DNA of 64,000 nt from the IMG/VR virus record IMGVR_UViG_3300042887_004758, positions 32,001 to 96,000 of that record; one strand, given 5' to 3'. Shown here one piece after another: positions 20,906-30,874 of this stretch. Under the pieces are notes generated by a model, which was given only the letters and a program-made list of their open reading frames with translations, made no database searches and had not been told where the DNA came from. The translations under genes were made by a program, and so were the position numbers. This DNA is from a virus. Numbering within the stretch: the stretch's first letter is position 1; each line of letters begins with the position of its first letter.

Positions 20906-21606
20906 TTTAAATCAAATATTTTTTTAATTATGTGAGCAAGTGCCACTGTATCTTTTTCACAATACTCACCAATCGTTTCAAGATTTTTGGTTTTGTAATA
21001 ATATTCATTAAGATTTTCACCTGTTACTTCACTGTCTTTGGGAGATTCAATTCCCATACTTACACACAAGAGATCCAAAGAACCAATTGAATAAGGATTA
21101 TTATAATTCCACAAATCTTTAGTATCAATTGCTTTTACTTCCCAAGGCTTTGTATTGTAAATTGGAAATATTTTTGGTGGTTTCATGTCGTTGATTACGA
21201 ATCTTTTACCGAGTGTTGGGATATCAAAAAGTTTGATATTATGACCACACATGTAAAAATCCAATCTTTCAATACGATTAAAAAGATTTCTAATTTCAGT
21301 CAGAAGTTCAACCTCGTTGTGGTTAGTAAAGGTTGTTCTATGAAGTTCTTTTTTAGTATCATAAAAACAAAAAGAGGCCGCAACAACTCTTGAAAATTCA
21401 GGAACAAGGGCTGCACGTTTGAAGTAGGTTTCTTCGGGTGAAATATCGCCATCTTCAGGGTACCTTCGTTTGAAGAAATCAATATAATCCAAAAAAACTT
21501 TATGTAACTTTGGTTTTTGTTTCTTTAACTCGGACAAAGTTTCAAATTCAGATACTGTTTCAATATCAAAAAACAGGATCTTGTCAAGTGGTTTATCTAA
21601 TGTCAT
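20902..21606 (-). CDS. 3'-5' exonuclease (DnaQ/PolB-like DEDD)
   Basis: FFDIETV, GHNIKLFDIP, YCEKD. Confidence 0.88.
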   Translation of the reverse strand: MTLDKPLDKILFFDIETVSEFETLSELKKQKPKLHKVFLDYIDFFKRRYPEDGDISPEETYFKRAALVPEFSRVVAASFCFYDTKKELHRTTFTNHNEVELLTEIRNLFNRIERLDFYMCGHNIKLFDIPTLGKRFVINDMKPPKIFPIYNTKPWEVKAIDTKDLWNYNNPYSIGSLDLLCVSMGIESPKDSEVTGENLNEYYYKTKNLETIGEYCEKDTVALAHIIKKIFDLK

Positions 21607-22817
21607 AATGAATTATAGAAATTTCTTCTGTTTTCGGAAAGTACTTTCAAATGATATTTTTCATTTACAGTTTCATAGAGTTGCTCACCCAAATCTTCAA
21701 CCCAACTCGGATTTTCGATCAGTTTTTTCATGAACTTACTCCAATCTTTGTGGTTCTTGTATTCATCAACCAAGAGTCCATTTGCGCCTTTGACAAATTC
21801 ACCGTTATTCAATCCGTGTTTAATGTCAATTGTATAAGGACCGATATTGGATGCGATAATTGCCTTCTTGTAGAACCCCGCTTCAATGACTTTGAGTTGT
21901 GACTTCATCCGATTGAACATCGTATTCTTAATCGGTGCAAGTGATACGTCAAATTTACTGTAGTTCTTGGCATATGAAGTGACAGGTGCGGTCCAAACCC
22001 TTGTATAGAAAGGATCGGGTTCATCCATATAATCTTCCTGTTTCCATTTCATCAAAAATTCTTTTTGTTTTTCAGAAACATATTTGTAGTTTGATGTAAA
22101 AATCTTTTCATATTTAGCCCAAACAGTTTCTTCGGGAAGGATGGGTCTTTGTTTTTGTGTACCCGTTGCTTTATCAATCTCAGTCACTGTTCCACGAGTA
22201 TCAAAACCACAAATGTACAGACGATATTTGTCTTTCAAGTCAGAAATTTTATCAAATGTGCCATCCAAAATCATAAGGTCGTGTAAGTGAGATGACCCAC
22301 CCAACCATCCAAATCTGACTTTATCGGATGGGATTGTTTTCTCTTTGAATTGTGGTTCTTCTGGATCGATTCCGTTTGGAATGACGTGAACATTCTTGTT
22401 AATAGTTTTTCTAATTTCATTAGCAAAAATATCAGTGGTGGTGGTCACCCACTCCGCTTCACGTAGATTATTAACAATTATTTTATCAAACTTTCTTTCA
22501 ACAACCATTGCGTGAGCAGGGTGTTCCATACCCGGCATCCAATAATCGTCAATATCACAGACAGTTTTAATACCCATCTGTTTGAGTTGTCCGATTACTT
22601 CTCTTGATTTTTCATAGTTTGTGTTAAGTGATCTATGAAATGATACAATATCATAATTTTTGAAGAAATTCAAATCGTCAATACTGATATCGTACATAAT
22701 ATCAATATGGAATTCGTCGGGATATTGCTGTTGTAGATAAGTGTGTGGTTGAACAGAACGAAACTTACCAACACCTGTTCTGTCGCTCGGTAATACTAAA
22801 ATTCGTTTTTTTGACAT
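21603..22817 (-). CDS. Glycosyltransferase, GT-B
   Basis: DIDDYW, FGWLGGSSHLHDL, SLAPIKNTMFNRMKSQLKVIEAG. Confidence 0.85.
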   Translation of the reverse strand: MSKKRILVLPSDRTGVGKFRSVQPHTYLQQQYPDEFHIDIMYDISIDDLNFFKNYDIVSFHRSLNTNYEKSREVIGQLKQMGIKTVCDIDDYWMPGMEHPAHAMVVERKFDKIIVNNLREAEWVTTTTDIFANEIRKTINKNVHVIPNGIDPEEPQFKEKTIPSDKVRFGWLGGSSHLHDLMILDGTFDKISDLKDKYRLYICGFDTRGTVTEIDKATGTQKQRPILPEETVWAKYEKIFTSNYKYVSEKQKEFLMKWKQEDYMDEPDPFYTRVWTAPVTSYAKNYSKFDVSLAPIKNTMFNRMKSQLKVIEAGFYKKAIIASNIGPYTIDIKHGLNNGEFVKGANGLLVDEYKNHKDWSKFMKKLIENPSWVEDLGEQLYETVNEKYHLKVLSENRRNFYNSL

Positions 22818-22863
22818 ATTTTTTTATTGAAAGTATAATTAAAAACTCTCAATAAAAAAAGGG

Positions 22864-23420
22864 TTACTTAAGTTTTTTGATACTTGTAATCTTACCTTCA
22901 AAAATATGTTTACCTACCGAAAGCTTCATTGTTTCGTTAGTAACCTTGGATTCAGAGATCATTCCTTTTATATCACCAAATTCTTCTTTGATAACATCTC
23001 TAACTGTATCTCTCACTAAATTTCTGATCATAGTCTTGAAACTTTCATCAATAATCGGACTTTGTGATGATTGTTTTTTGGGTTGAGTCCCTGATTGACT
23101 TTGAATTAATTTCGCAGCACCTTCAATAATTTCATCTGGTAATGTTGCACTGTATGAGTCAGGTTTTGCTATAGGATTTTCAATCATCAATCTTTTGATT
23201 TCATCAGGAAGATTCGAGCTCATAATTCTTTGTTCGTTGATCTCTGGCTCCGATACTTTGGGTTGCGCGGGAATGTTGTATATTGGTTCTTTATATTCTG
23301 ACGGGATATTGATGTTTGGAGATTGTCTAACCTCACCACGACCCATATTGTCGTGTCTCTCCATTATTTTTTTGGAAACTGCCAATTTCTGCATCAGGGA
23401 ATTCATATCGTTTGACATCT
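22864..23420 (-). CDS. Hypothetical protein (probable start MSNDMNS)
   Basis: ATG overlaps the stop of the upstream WYL gene. Confidence 0.65.
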
Positions 23421-23806
23421 TAATTAAATTTTGCATTTTTAAATACTCTCGTCATAGATTTGTCACCGTTTGGGTTATAACCTGGACGAGCCTCAGTAAA
23501 TTTATCACCTGTTAGATTAAAAGAAAATGTTTTAGGTACAATAAATAAACGCCAACCTGGTAAGGGTTGTTTACCTATTGTAGATGTATGTGATGCACCC
23601 TCTCTTTCCCAAGCTCTCAACACCAAATTTCCTTTTTTTGATATTCCTAAACATACTGGTTCGAGTTCTCTCAATCCTTTACCTCCCGGTTCATCACCAT
23701 CATAGTTTATGACAATAATATTTTTATTGCGTATTGCGTCTATAAGGTCTTTTTGGGACGCGACCTCAAGAATAATTTGTTTTTTTAATATCTCTAATAA
23801 CTTCAT
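23420..23806 (-). CDS. Stand-alone WYL-domain protein
   Basis: I-x-Y..R-x-x-EP-x-x-LG..LRAW..WRLF pattern. Confidence 0.7.
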   Translation of the reverse strand: MKLLEILKKQIILEVASQKDLIDAIRNKNIIVINYDGDEPGGKGLRELEPVCLGISKKGNLVLRAWEREGASHTSTIGKQPLPGWRLFIVPKTFSFNLTGDKFTEARPGYNPNGDKSMTRVFKNAKFN

Positions 23807-24099
23807 TATTCAGGAATAGTATAACCTTTGTCCTTGTTATACTTATTGATCTTGATGTTATTTGTTCTTTCAGCAGTATCTAATGAAGTACCGGCTTGAA
23901 CATTATAAACATCCAAGTAAAATCCAGTTCCTCTTCCGATATCATCACCATCAGCAAGAGCGTCAGGGTGAACGGATGAATAACTCTGTGAACGAGGTGA
24001 GAAATCATTTCTTGGGAATAATATACCTCTTTGTTGTTCAGCGATTTTACTCAATTCATTTGCAGGTTGTGCAAAATCTAATCTATCATTTGCTTCCAT
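23806..24099 (-). CDS. Hypothetical protein (possibly virion)
   Basis: HPDALADGDDIGRGTG motif; operon-packed. Confidence 0.65.
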   Translation of the reverse strand: MEANDRLDFAQPANELSKIAEQQRGILFPRNDFSPRSQSYSSVHPDALADGDDIGRGTGFYLDVYNVQAGTSLDTAERTNNIKINKYNKDKGYTIPE

Positions 24100-24550
24100 A
24101 ATTTATTAATTTTTTTATTCTGTTTATTTCCTCATTTATATTTTCAGGGGCAAGTTGTTTAAAGTGACTCTGATGTGTATTGTCAGATGCATTTGGAACT
24201 ATAGGATTGAGATCTGTATCAGGTTTTGTATGTTTTTGAATAATGGATGACTTCTTATCTTTTTCTCTCATAGACTGAAGTATACCAGTAACCCAACTCC
24301 TCATTTTATCTCCTCCGAGAAGTTCAAACGACAATCCTTCTTTCGGGTTGGTTTTGAACCAATTTTGAATTCTCTCCAAGTTTTGGAATGTCAACATACC
24401 CTTCTTTACCAAGTCCAAATTTCTTTTCCACCCTTGAGTTTGAGATAATTCCTCTTTGGATTTTCCCGCACCGAGTTTTTGTTTCTCTTTTAGAAGACTT
24501 ATAAGTTCTTGTGGAACCTTTATTTGTTTTCCGTAGAGTGAACTATTCAT
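24086..24550 (-). CDS. Hypothetical protein
   Basis: Operon-packed; C-terminal INEEINRIKKLI. Confidence 0.65.
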   Translation of the reverse strand: MNSSLYGKQIKVPQELISLLKEKQKLGAGKSKEELSQTQGWKRNLDLVKKGMLTFQNLERIQNWFKTNPKEGLSFELLGGDKMRSWVTGILQSMREKDKKSSIIQKHTKPDTDLNPIVPNASDNTHQSHFKQLAPENINEEINRIKKLINYGSK

Positions 24551-25323
24551 AGGTTCTTTATTAATTTCAATAATTCAGACATTGTTAATCCTTCTTTGTC
24601 TGCCAATTTTTTGATGGATTTTATATTTCTTTGTAAGATTTTTGATGTTTTTGGTTCTTTATCACTAACATCATTATCTTTTGATGATTTTCTAACCAAG
24701 ATATCTTCCACCATCTTAATCGCTTTTTGTCGTTGTTCTTCTTGAATTTCTCTTTCTTTTAGAACACTTCTTGATACGAAATTTGGATCGTCTTTGTATG
24801 GTGATTTTTCGTCCATTTCTGATTTTTTTCCGAATTCTATGGTTCTATCTTCAGCATCGGCAACATCCATACCCAGTTCTTTTTCAAGGTACTTAATTGT
24901 ATCTTCCGCGTCCATAAATTTGGTTTCTTCATAACCAAATGCATCTTCAAAATTTACTTCTTTCAACGAAGGTGAAAAATAAGCTCCGAAAGCTCTGAAA
25001 CCTCTTGATAGTGGATCGTTAGTAATTCTTGCGTTTGGAATGGTTTGATCCATCGTTTTTCTTGGATGAAGTTTTGGGTTAAGTCCAAATGGTATTTTAG
25101 AACTGTTCATAGTTCCATCAAAATCAATTAATTCATCCAATTCTTTTTTGGGTTCCTTTGATTTTGAAACATATTGTTTTTTGGGTTCCTTTGATTTTGA
25201 AACATATTGTTTGTGACTTTTGCATGGCATAAAGACCTCACCGTGTTTGTGAGTTCCTTCACAACCGAGTTCTTCTGCCTTTTTTTCGGCCGTTGTTTCT
25301 AACTTATATCCCTTAAGTTTCAT
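24547..25323 (-). CDS. Hypothetical protein with N-terminal GC..H.H...MPC module (DUF3721-like)
   Basis: AEELGCEGTHKHGEVFMPCKSH; TATTTAT upstream (25339-25345, minus). Confidence 0.65.
   Translation of the reverse strand: MKLKGYKLETTAEKKAEELGCEGTHKHGEVFMPCKSHKQYVSKSKEPKKQYVSKSKEPKKELDELIDFDGTMNSSKIPFGLNPKLHPRKTMDQTIPNARITNDPLSRGFRAFGAYFSPSLKEVNFEDAFGYEETKFMDAEDTIKYLEKELGMDVADAEDRTIEFGKKSEMDEKSPYKDDPNFVSRSVLKEREIQEEQRQKAIKMVEDILVRKSSKDNDVSDKEPKTSKILQRNIKSIKKLADKEGLTMSELLKLIKNL
25144..25212 (-). repeat. 33-nt perfect tandem duplication (KQYVSKSKEPK x2)
   Basis: GGGTTCCTTTGATTTTGAAACATATTGTTT at 25150 and 25183. Confidence 0.9.
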
Positions 25324-25338
25324 TAAGTTTTTTTATCT

Positions 25339-25364
25339 ATAAATACAAGGTGAGATGTATTTAT
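25339..25364. promoter_or_regulatory. Back-to-back divergent TATTTAT motifs
   Basis: ATAAATA at 25339-25345 (minus-strand TATTTAT) and TATTTAT at 25358-25364 between divergent genes. Confidence 0.6.
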
Positions 25365-25380
25365 TTTAAAAAAAGAATCC

Positions 25381-27777
25381 GTGGGAATACAAAATATCCG
25401 AAATCATTCCAACAACTCCATTAAATTGAGATTGGATACTTCTGAGTATTATGATTTTTATCTATCTAAAGATGAAATTGAATATGATCAGGAGACCGTA
25501 TTTTCAACAAATTTGATCGGTTTTGATGACGGAAATGTATTACCTGTTAATATAAGATTGTGGGATCCGGATTGTTCACCTCAACTCGAATTATTTTACG
25601 ATGATTTTGAAACTGATAATAATTTAGTATCGGATAAGTTCTATCCTTTTCCTGATTTAGTTGATGCATCTTGTTACTCGTTGAGTGGAATTTGTGATGT
25701 TGGATTAACAGGAATTGACAATGGACTCACAGACAGAATGAGTGGTGAAACACTCTATTACACAAGAGGATTATTAGATTCAATTAACAAATTTGACAGA
25801 TTAACATACGATAGACATCTTAAATTAATTTCGGTCACATCAAATGTAAGATCACCCAACTCAAGATTTTCAGGTATAACGGCAAACACCCTATATAATA
25901 TAGTTTCAAAACAAGAGGCGGGTATAGGATACTACCAAGAATTATATGGTGGTTTTTATCAAGGTTTTTACAAACTATACGAATATGATTGGCAAATATT
26001 ACCCGAAAGATATGAACTCGGATGGTCTATGGAGACGGTAATAAAGCCAAGAATATATGATGAATTTGAACCCGGCGCAGGTGAGACCACTCTAAACGAA
26101 ATCTATCCAAATAACGCAGGGATTTTCTTCTATATGGGGACAAGAGCGGAAGATAAATTCTATCATTATGCCACAGGTCATCCTGAAAGTTACACAGCTT
26201 ATACACGAGTAACCGAAGAATTAAGTTGTTTGAAAACTTGTTCTTGTACTTTGACGGCATTCACTTCAGATTGTTACAATGTTTACCCAATATCAGGTGA
26301 CACCTATCAAGGAACGGATTGTACCGTTTGTGGAAATGCATGTGAACACAAAGTGGTTGCCATACCACCCAAAGATCCAACGATAGATGTATTATCAAAT
26401 TCATTTGCAATACGATTATCGGGTGACCCAAAAAACCCAAAAATTAATATAAGGACAATTACCATCACGGGAGCATGTCAAACAACTGCGGATTGTGAAA
26501 CACACGAATATTATTTAACAGGATATACAATCAACAACATTTATTCCAATATTGGAATTTACGATTTCTGTTCGGGAAGTACCAACCAAACTGACTTTTT
26601 GAATACTGAAAAATGGTTACAGGTTGATGTCGTATTCAAACGATATACTTTCTACGAGGGATGTGACTTATTCTATGAAGGTGGAATTGGGGAAATGAGT
26701 TCCTTAATTTACCCTGCAACTGAAAGAGGTGACACTTTAAGTTTAATTCAACCACCTTATACTCACGACCAAGAAAAAGAATACCCCGTCCAAAGAGTCG
26801 TTATGAATAGAGATTTCATTGACTCAAAAGATAAAAGACTTGGATCTTTGAAAGTATATCTCAATGGTTATTTATTTATGATCGTAGAAAACTTTGAGGA
26901 AATTATTCCAAGACCTTTGAATACCGAAAAAGAAAAACAAATCGGTGTAAGTTATTCAATGTCATGGGGTGGTGGTACTCAAGGATTAAGGGAGAATCTA
27001 ACATTTAATAGTTGTACAGGAACCACTTACCAACAGGATCCTGAGTTATTTCCCGATACAGTTTTGTCAGGTACATCACTTTCACAATTAGAGACCGGTA
27101 TTTTATTAGAAAAGTACTTTGGGGGAACTTTTGATGGTGCAATTTCAGAATTTAGATTCTATGCCGAACCATTGAATGGTGGACAAGTTCAACACAATAA
27201 CAGAATTTTAAGAAATACTTATGATCTCTTTGATTATTTCTGTTTGGATTGTGAAAATTTCGAACCTTTACCAACACCATCACCAACCCCAACACCTACA
27301 GTTACACCAACGGTCACCAAAACTCCAACAAATACGCCAACAGTAACACCAACACTTACACCTTCAATTACCCAAACAATAACACCTACTCAAACAATTA
27401 CTCCCACACCCACAGAAACACCTACACCCACGGCAACAGTAACACCCACAGAAACACCTACACAAACCCCTACACCATCTATTACTCCGAGTATCACACC
27501 AACAATATCTTTAACTCCAAGTCAAACAGTTACACCTGGACTTACTCCAACACAAACACCAAGTGTAACCCCCACTCAAACTCCAACACAGACACCAACA
27601 GTTACGACGACACCAACGGTGACAACTACTCCAACACCAACTCAAACTCCAACTCAGACTCAAACTCCAACCGTATCACCGACAACTACTATAACACCAT
27701 CAATTACGCCTTCTATTTCAGAAACACCTACCGCTTCGGGTATAAGAACTGTCTTTGTTAGATTTAATACGCTGTAA
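25381..27777 (+). CDS. Virion protein, LamG/ConA-like domain plus mucin-like Thr/Pro-rich tail
   Basis: LKVYLNG..FDGAISEFRFYAEPL LamG-type signature; long TPT repeat tract at the C-terminus; GTG start. Confidence 0.7.
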   Translation: MGIQNIRNHSNNSIKLRLDTSEYYDFYLSKDEIEYDQETVFSTNLIGFDDGNVLPVNIRLWDPDCSPQLELFYDDFETDNNLVSDKFYPFPDLVDASCYSLSGICDVGLTGIDNGLTDRMSGETLYYTRGLLDSINKFDRLTYDRHLKLISVTSNVRSPNSRFSGITANTLYNIVSKQEAGIGYYQELYGGFYQGFYKLYEYDWQILPERYELGWSMETVIKPRIYDEFEPGAGETTLNEIYPNNAGIFFYMGTRAEDKFYHYATGHPESYTAYTRVTEELSCLKTCSCTLTAFTSDCYNVYPISGDTYQGTDCTVCGNACEHKVVAIPPKDPTIDVLSNSFAIRLSGDPKNPKINIRTITITGACQTTADCETHEYYLTGYTINNIYSNIGIYDFCSGSTNQTDFLNTEKWLQVDVVFKRYTFYEGCDLFYEGGIGEMSSLIYPATERGDTLSLIQPPYTHDQEKEYPVQRVVMNRDFIDSKDKRLGSLKVYLNGYLFMIVENFEEIIPRPLNTEKEKQIGVSYSMSWGGGTQGLRENLTFNSCTGTTYQQDPELFPDTVLSGTSLSQLETGILLEKYFGGTFDGAISEFRFYAEPLNGGQVQHNNRILRNTYDLFDYFCLDCENFEPLPTPSPTPTPTVTPTVTKTPTNTPTVTPTLTPSITQTITPTQTITPTPTETPTPTATVTPTETPTQTPTPSITPSITPTISLTPSQTVTPGLTPTQTPSVTPTQTPTQTPTVTTTPTVTTTPTPTQTPTQTQTPTVSPTTTITPSITPSISETPTASGIRTVFVRFNTL

Positions 27778-27779
27778 AA

Positions 27780-29000
27780 ATGGAAACGAACAATTTACTC
27801 CAATCAATTGAAAATTTAAAGATAGAATATAACAATGATTCAATTTGTTTGGGAAAAAAAATCAAAAATGGTGTGGTTACTGATGAATTATCTATAGTTT
27901 TTTTTGTTGACGAAAAAAAACCAATAGAAAATTTAACTCAAAGTGATCTAATACCATCGAGAATAAATGTTGGTGGGACTATTTTGAAGACCGATGTTGT
28001 TGAAAGTACAACACTGAACGTTCATCCTTGTCCAACAGAATTTAATTCAACCTGTATCTTTAATCCAGTACCAAATAGATCTTATATAAGACCAATAAAG
28101 GGTGGTATTTCAATAAGAAAAACAACTGATGGTATTGGAACTCTTGGTTTTTTGGCTAAACATACTGAAACAGGTGCATTGGTTGGTGTTACTAATTTAC
28201 ACGTTGCACTAAAAGTACATTTTAATGCAAATGACCTTTGTAAAGAACCACCTTGTACGTTTGATTATAACTCCCTAATTGAACAAATTTATCAACCAGG
28301 TGAAAGTTCATCTTACGAAACAGATTTTTATAACTTAGGCCGTGTTATGTATTGTACTTTACTTTATAATACTGGTTCGGCTGAAATTGATTGTTGTTTA
28401 GTGGCTTTAAAAGAAAGTGTATTGTCAAATAGTGAATCTTTCAAACAATATGGATTGAGTTTTACAACACCCCCTGTATTTGCAACAACCGCTGAGCTTG
28501 ATTCTATTTTAACAAATAATATTCCTTTAGCCGCGTCCGGTAGATCATCAGGACCGAAAGAAGGTTCATTGTGTGGACTAAAAGCATTATATGTAAATTA
28601 TTCATCTATGGTTAATGGATATAGAAAAAACAACGACGGATACGTTTGGGGTAAGAGATTTGCAAATCAAATTGCCTATACTAGAGTAGATCAAGATTGT
28701 CCTGACCCATCAATACCCGGTGATTCGGGTTCCGCGGTTTTTGGAAATTTCGGAGGAACTTGGAAAGTTGTTGGTCTGAACTTTGCCGGTGGAACTATGA
28801 GTTCAGGCATTGATATAGGAATATTCAATAGAATCGATAGGGTTGCGGCCTTAATGGGAATTGAAGCGTGGGATGGATCTCAATTGAATTTTATAGATCT
28901 TAATAATGTCAGTACTTACCAAGTTCAAGGTTTCAACTCCAACAACACAATAACTGTTGATGGTTCTACTTATTGTCAATCTGGATTAGTTAATAGTTAA
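27780..29000 (+). CDS. Trypsin-like serine protease
   Basis: GTLG, TNLHV (His), EIDCC (Asp), PGDSGS (Ser), VVGLNFAG. Confidence 0.8.
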   Translation: METNNLLQSIENLKIEYNNDSICLGKKIKNGVVTDELSIVFFVDEKKPIENLTQSDLIPSRINVGGTILKTDVVESTTLNVHPCPTEFNSTCIFNPVPNRSYIRPIKGGISIRKTTDGIGTLGFLAKHTETGALVGVTNLHVALKVHFNANDLCKEPPCTFDYNSLIEQIYQPGESSSYETDFYNLGRVMYCTLLYNTGSAEIDCCLVALKESVLSNSESFKQYGLSFTTPPVFATTAELDSILTNNIPLAASGRSSGPKEGSLCGLKALYVNYSSMVNGYRKNNDGYVWGKRFANQIAYTRVDQDCPDPSIPGDSGSAVFGNFGGTWKVVGLNFAGGTMSSGIDIGIFNRIDRVAALMGIEAWDGSQLNFIDLNNVSTYQVQGFNSNNTITVDGSTYCQSGLVNS

Positions 29001-29062
29001 TATTTACCTCTTCAAAACTTAATTTATGATTTGAATAAAATAAATTTTCAAACATAATTAAA

Positions 29063-30307
29063 GTGACTATATTTGTCCAAATAGCATCATACAGAGATCC
29101 CGAATTAGAAAACACAGTTAGGGATATGATTTCAAACGCCGATCGACCCGAAAAATTAAGGTTTGGTATTGCAAGACAATATAAAGAAGAGGACGGTTTT
29201 GATAAATTAGAAGAATTTAGAAATGATGATAGATTCAGAATTTTAGATATACCTTACGAAGAATCAAACGGAGCTTGTTGGGCGAGACACCTTATCCAAC
29301 AACTTTATAGGAATGAAACCTATACCCTCCAAATCGATTCACATATGAGATTCGAAAAGGGTTGGGACACCACTTTGATCGATATGATTGACCAACTACA
29401 AGAAGATGGACATGAGAAACCACTTCTAACAGGATATGTAAGTTCATTTGATCCTGATAATGACCCCGCAGGAAGAGCAAGAGATCCTTGGAGAATGGCA
29501 TTCGATAGATTTATCCCCGAGGGTGCAGTTTTCTTCCTACCTGAAACAATACCTGGTTGGACTGAACTAACCAAACCAGTTCCCGCTAGATTTTATTCCG
29601 CACACTTTTGCTTCACACTCGGAAAATTTTCAAAAGAAGTTCAACACGACCCTGAATATTATTTCCACGGAGAGGAAATCAGCATCGCAGCAAGAGCATA
29701 CACTCACGGATATGATTTGTTTCACCCTCACAAGGTAGTTGTTTATCACGAATACACAAGAAAAGGACGAACCAAACAGTGGGATGACGATAAGAAGTGG
29801 GTTGAAAAGAACAATCATTCTCATAAGAGAAACAGACAACTTTTTGGTATGGATGGTGAAGAAATGGTTGACTTAGGTCAATTTGGATTTGGTCCCGTCA
29901 GAACTTTAAGAGATTATGAAAAATATTCAGGTCTCCTCTTTAGTAAAAGAGCGGTTCAAAAATACACTTTGGATAAGGAATATCCACCAAATCCAAATAA
30001 TTACGAAACGGAGGAAGACTGGATCAACTCATTCACAAAACAATTCAAACATTGTATCGATGTTGCCTATGATCAGGTTCCCGAAAGAGATTATGATTTT
30101 TGGGTGGTTGCATTCCATGATCACAAGGATGAAACAATATACCGTAAGGATGCGGATAAACACGAAATTCAAGGGTTTTTTAGAGATCCTGACGGGTATT
30201 GTAAAGTTTGGAGAACTTTCAATGCTGAAGAAAAACCTGCATATTGGGTTGTTTGGCCACACTCTGAATCTAAAGGGTGGGGTGAAAGAATGACAGGAAA
30301 TTTATAA
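29063..30307 (+). CDS. GT60-like polypeptide GlcNAc-transferase (Skp1/mucin-initiating type)
   Basis: IFVQIASYRDPE, GACWARH, LQIDSHMRF..GWD, F.GEEI..AARAYTHGYD, YHEY motifs of the Pfam GlcNAc/GT60 family. Confidence 0.85.
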   Translation: MTIFVQIASYRDPELENTVRDMISNADRPEKLRFGIARQYKEEDGFDKLEEFRNDDRFRILDIPYEESNGACWARHLIQQLYRNETYTLQIDSHMRFEKGWDTTLIDMIDQLQEDGHEKPLLTGYVSSFDPDNDPAGRARDPWRMAFDRFIPEGAVFFLPETIPGWTELTKPVPARFYSAHFCFTLGKFSKEVQHDPEYYFHGEEISIAARAYTHGYDLFHPHKVVVYHEYTRKGRTKQWDDDKKWVEKNNHSHKRNRQLFGMDGEEMVDLGQFGFGPVRTLRDYEKYSGLLFSKRAVQKYTLDKEYPPNPNNYETEEDWINSFTKQFKHCIDVAYDQVPERDYDFWVVAFHDHKDETIYRKDADKHEIQGFFRDPDGYCKVWRTFNAEEKPAYWVVWPHSESKGWGERMTGNL

Positions 30308-30311
30308 AAAA

Positions 30312-30872
30312 ATGAAAGATTTATTTCTCAATTTAAAAAATGAAGACTTGGATGAGTTGAAAATGGAATCTTATTCTTTAATCAATAATGAAGAATATCA
30401 AAATTATTTTTTACAAAAATCATCTCAGGAACACTATCGACTACTAACTTTTTTATCCAATTATTTTGATGGTGTATCATTTGTTGATGTCGGTACTTTA
30501 TTAGGTTGTTCAGCATTGGCTTTGGCCGCAAACAAAACAAATAAAGTTTACTCATTTAATTTGACAGATCAATTACAATTGAAAGAAAAACCGCAAAATG
30601 TTGAGTTTATAGTCGATGACGTAATGAGTGATAAATACAAAGAAATCATATTAGATTCCAAAATAATTCTGTTAGATACTTTCCATACAGGAGATTTTGA
30701 ACTTATTTTTTTGAACTATTTGAAAAAAATTAATTATAATGGAATATTGATATTAGACGACATACGTTTGAATAATGAAATGTCTCAGTTTTGGGAGACA
30801 ATAAATGAAGATAAAATGGAAATCACCAACTTGGGTCATGTATCAGGGACTGGTGTTGTTTTTTTTGATTAA
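30312..30872 (+). CDS. Class I SAM-dependent methyltransferase
   Basis: VDVGTLLGCSA, LDTFH, ILDDI. Confidence 0.8.
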   Translation: MKDLFLNLKNEDLDELKMESYSLINNEEYQNYFLQKSSQEHYRLLTFLSNYFDGVSFVDVGTLLGCSALALAANKTNKVYSFNLTDQLQLKEKPQNVEFIVDDVMSDKYKEIILDSKIILLDTFHTGDFELIFLNYLKKINYNGILILDDIRLNNEMSQFWETINEDKMEITNLGHVSGTGVVFFD

Positions 30873-30874
30873 AG

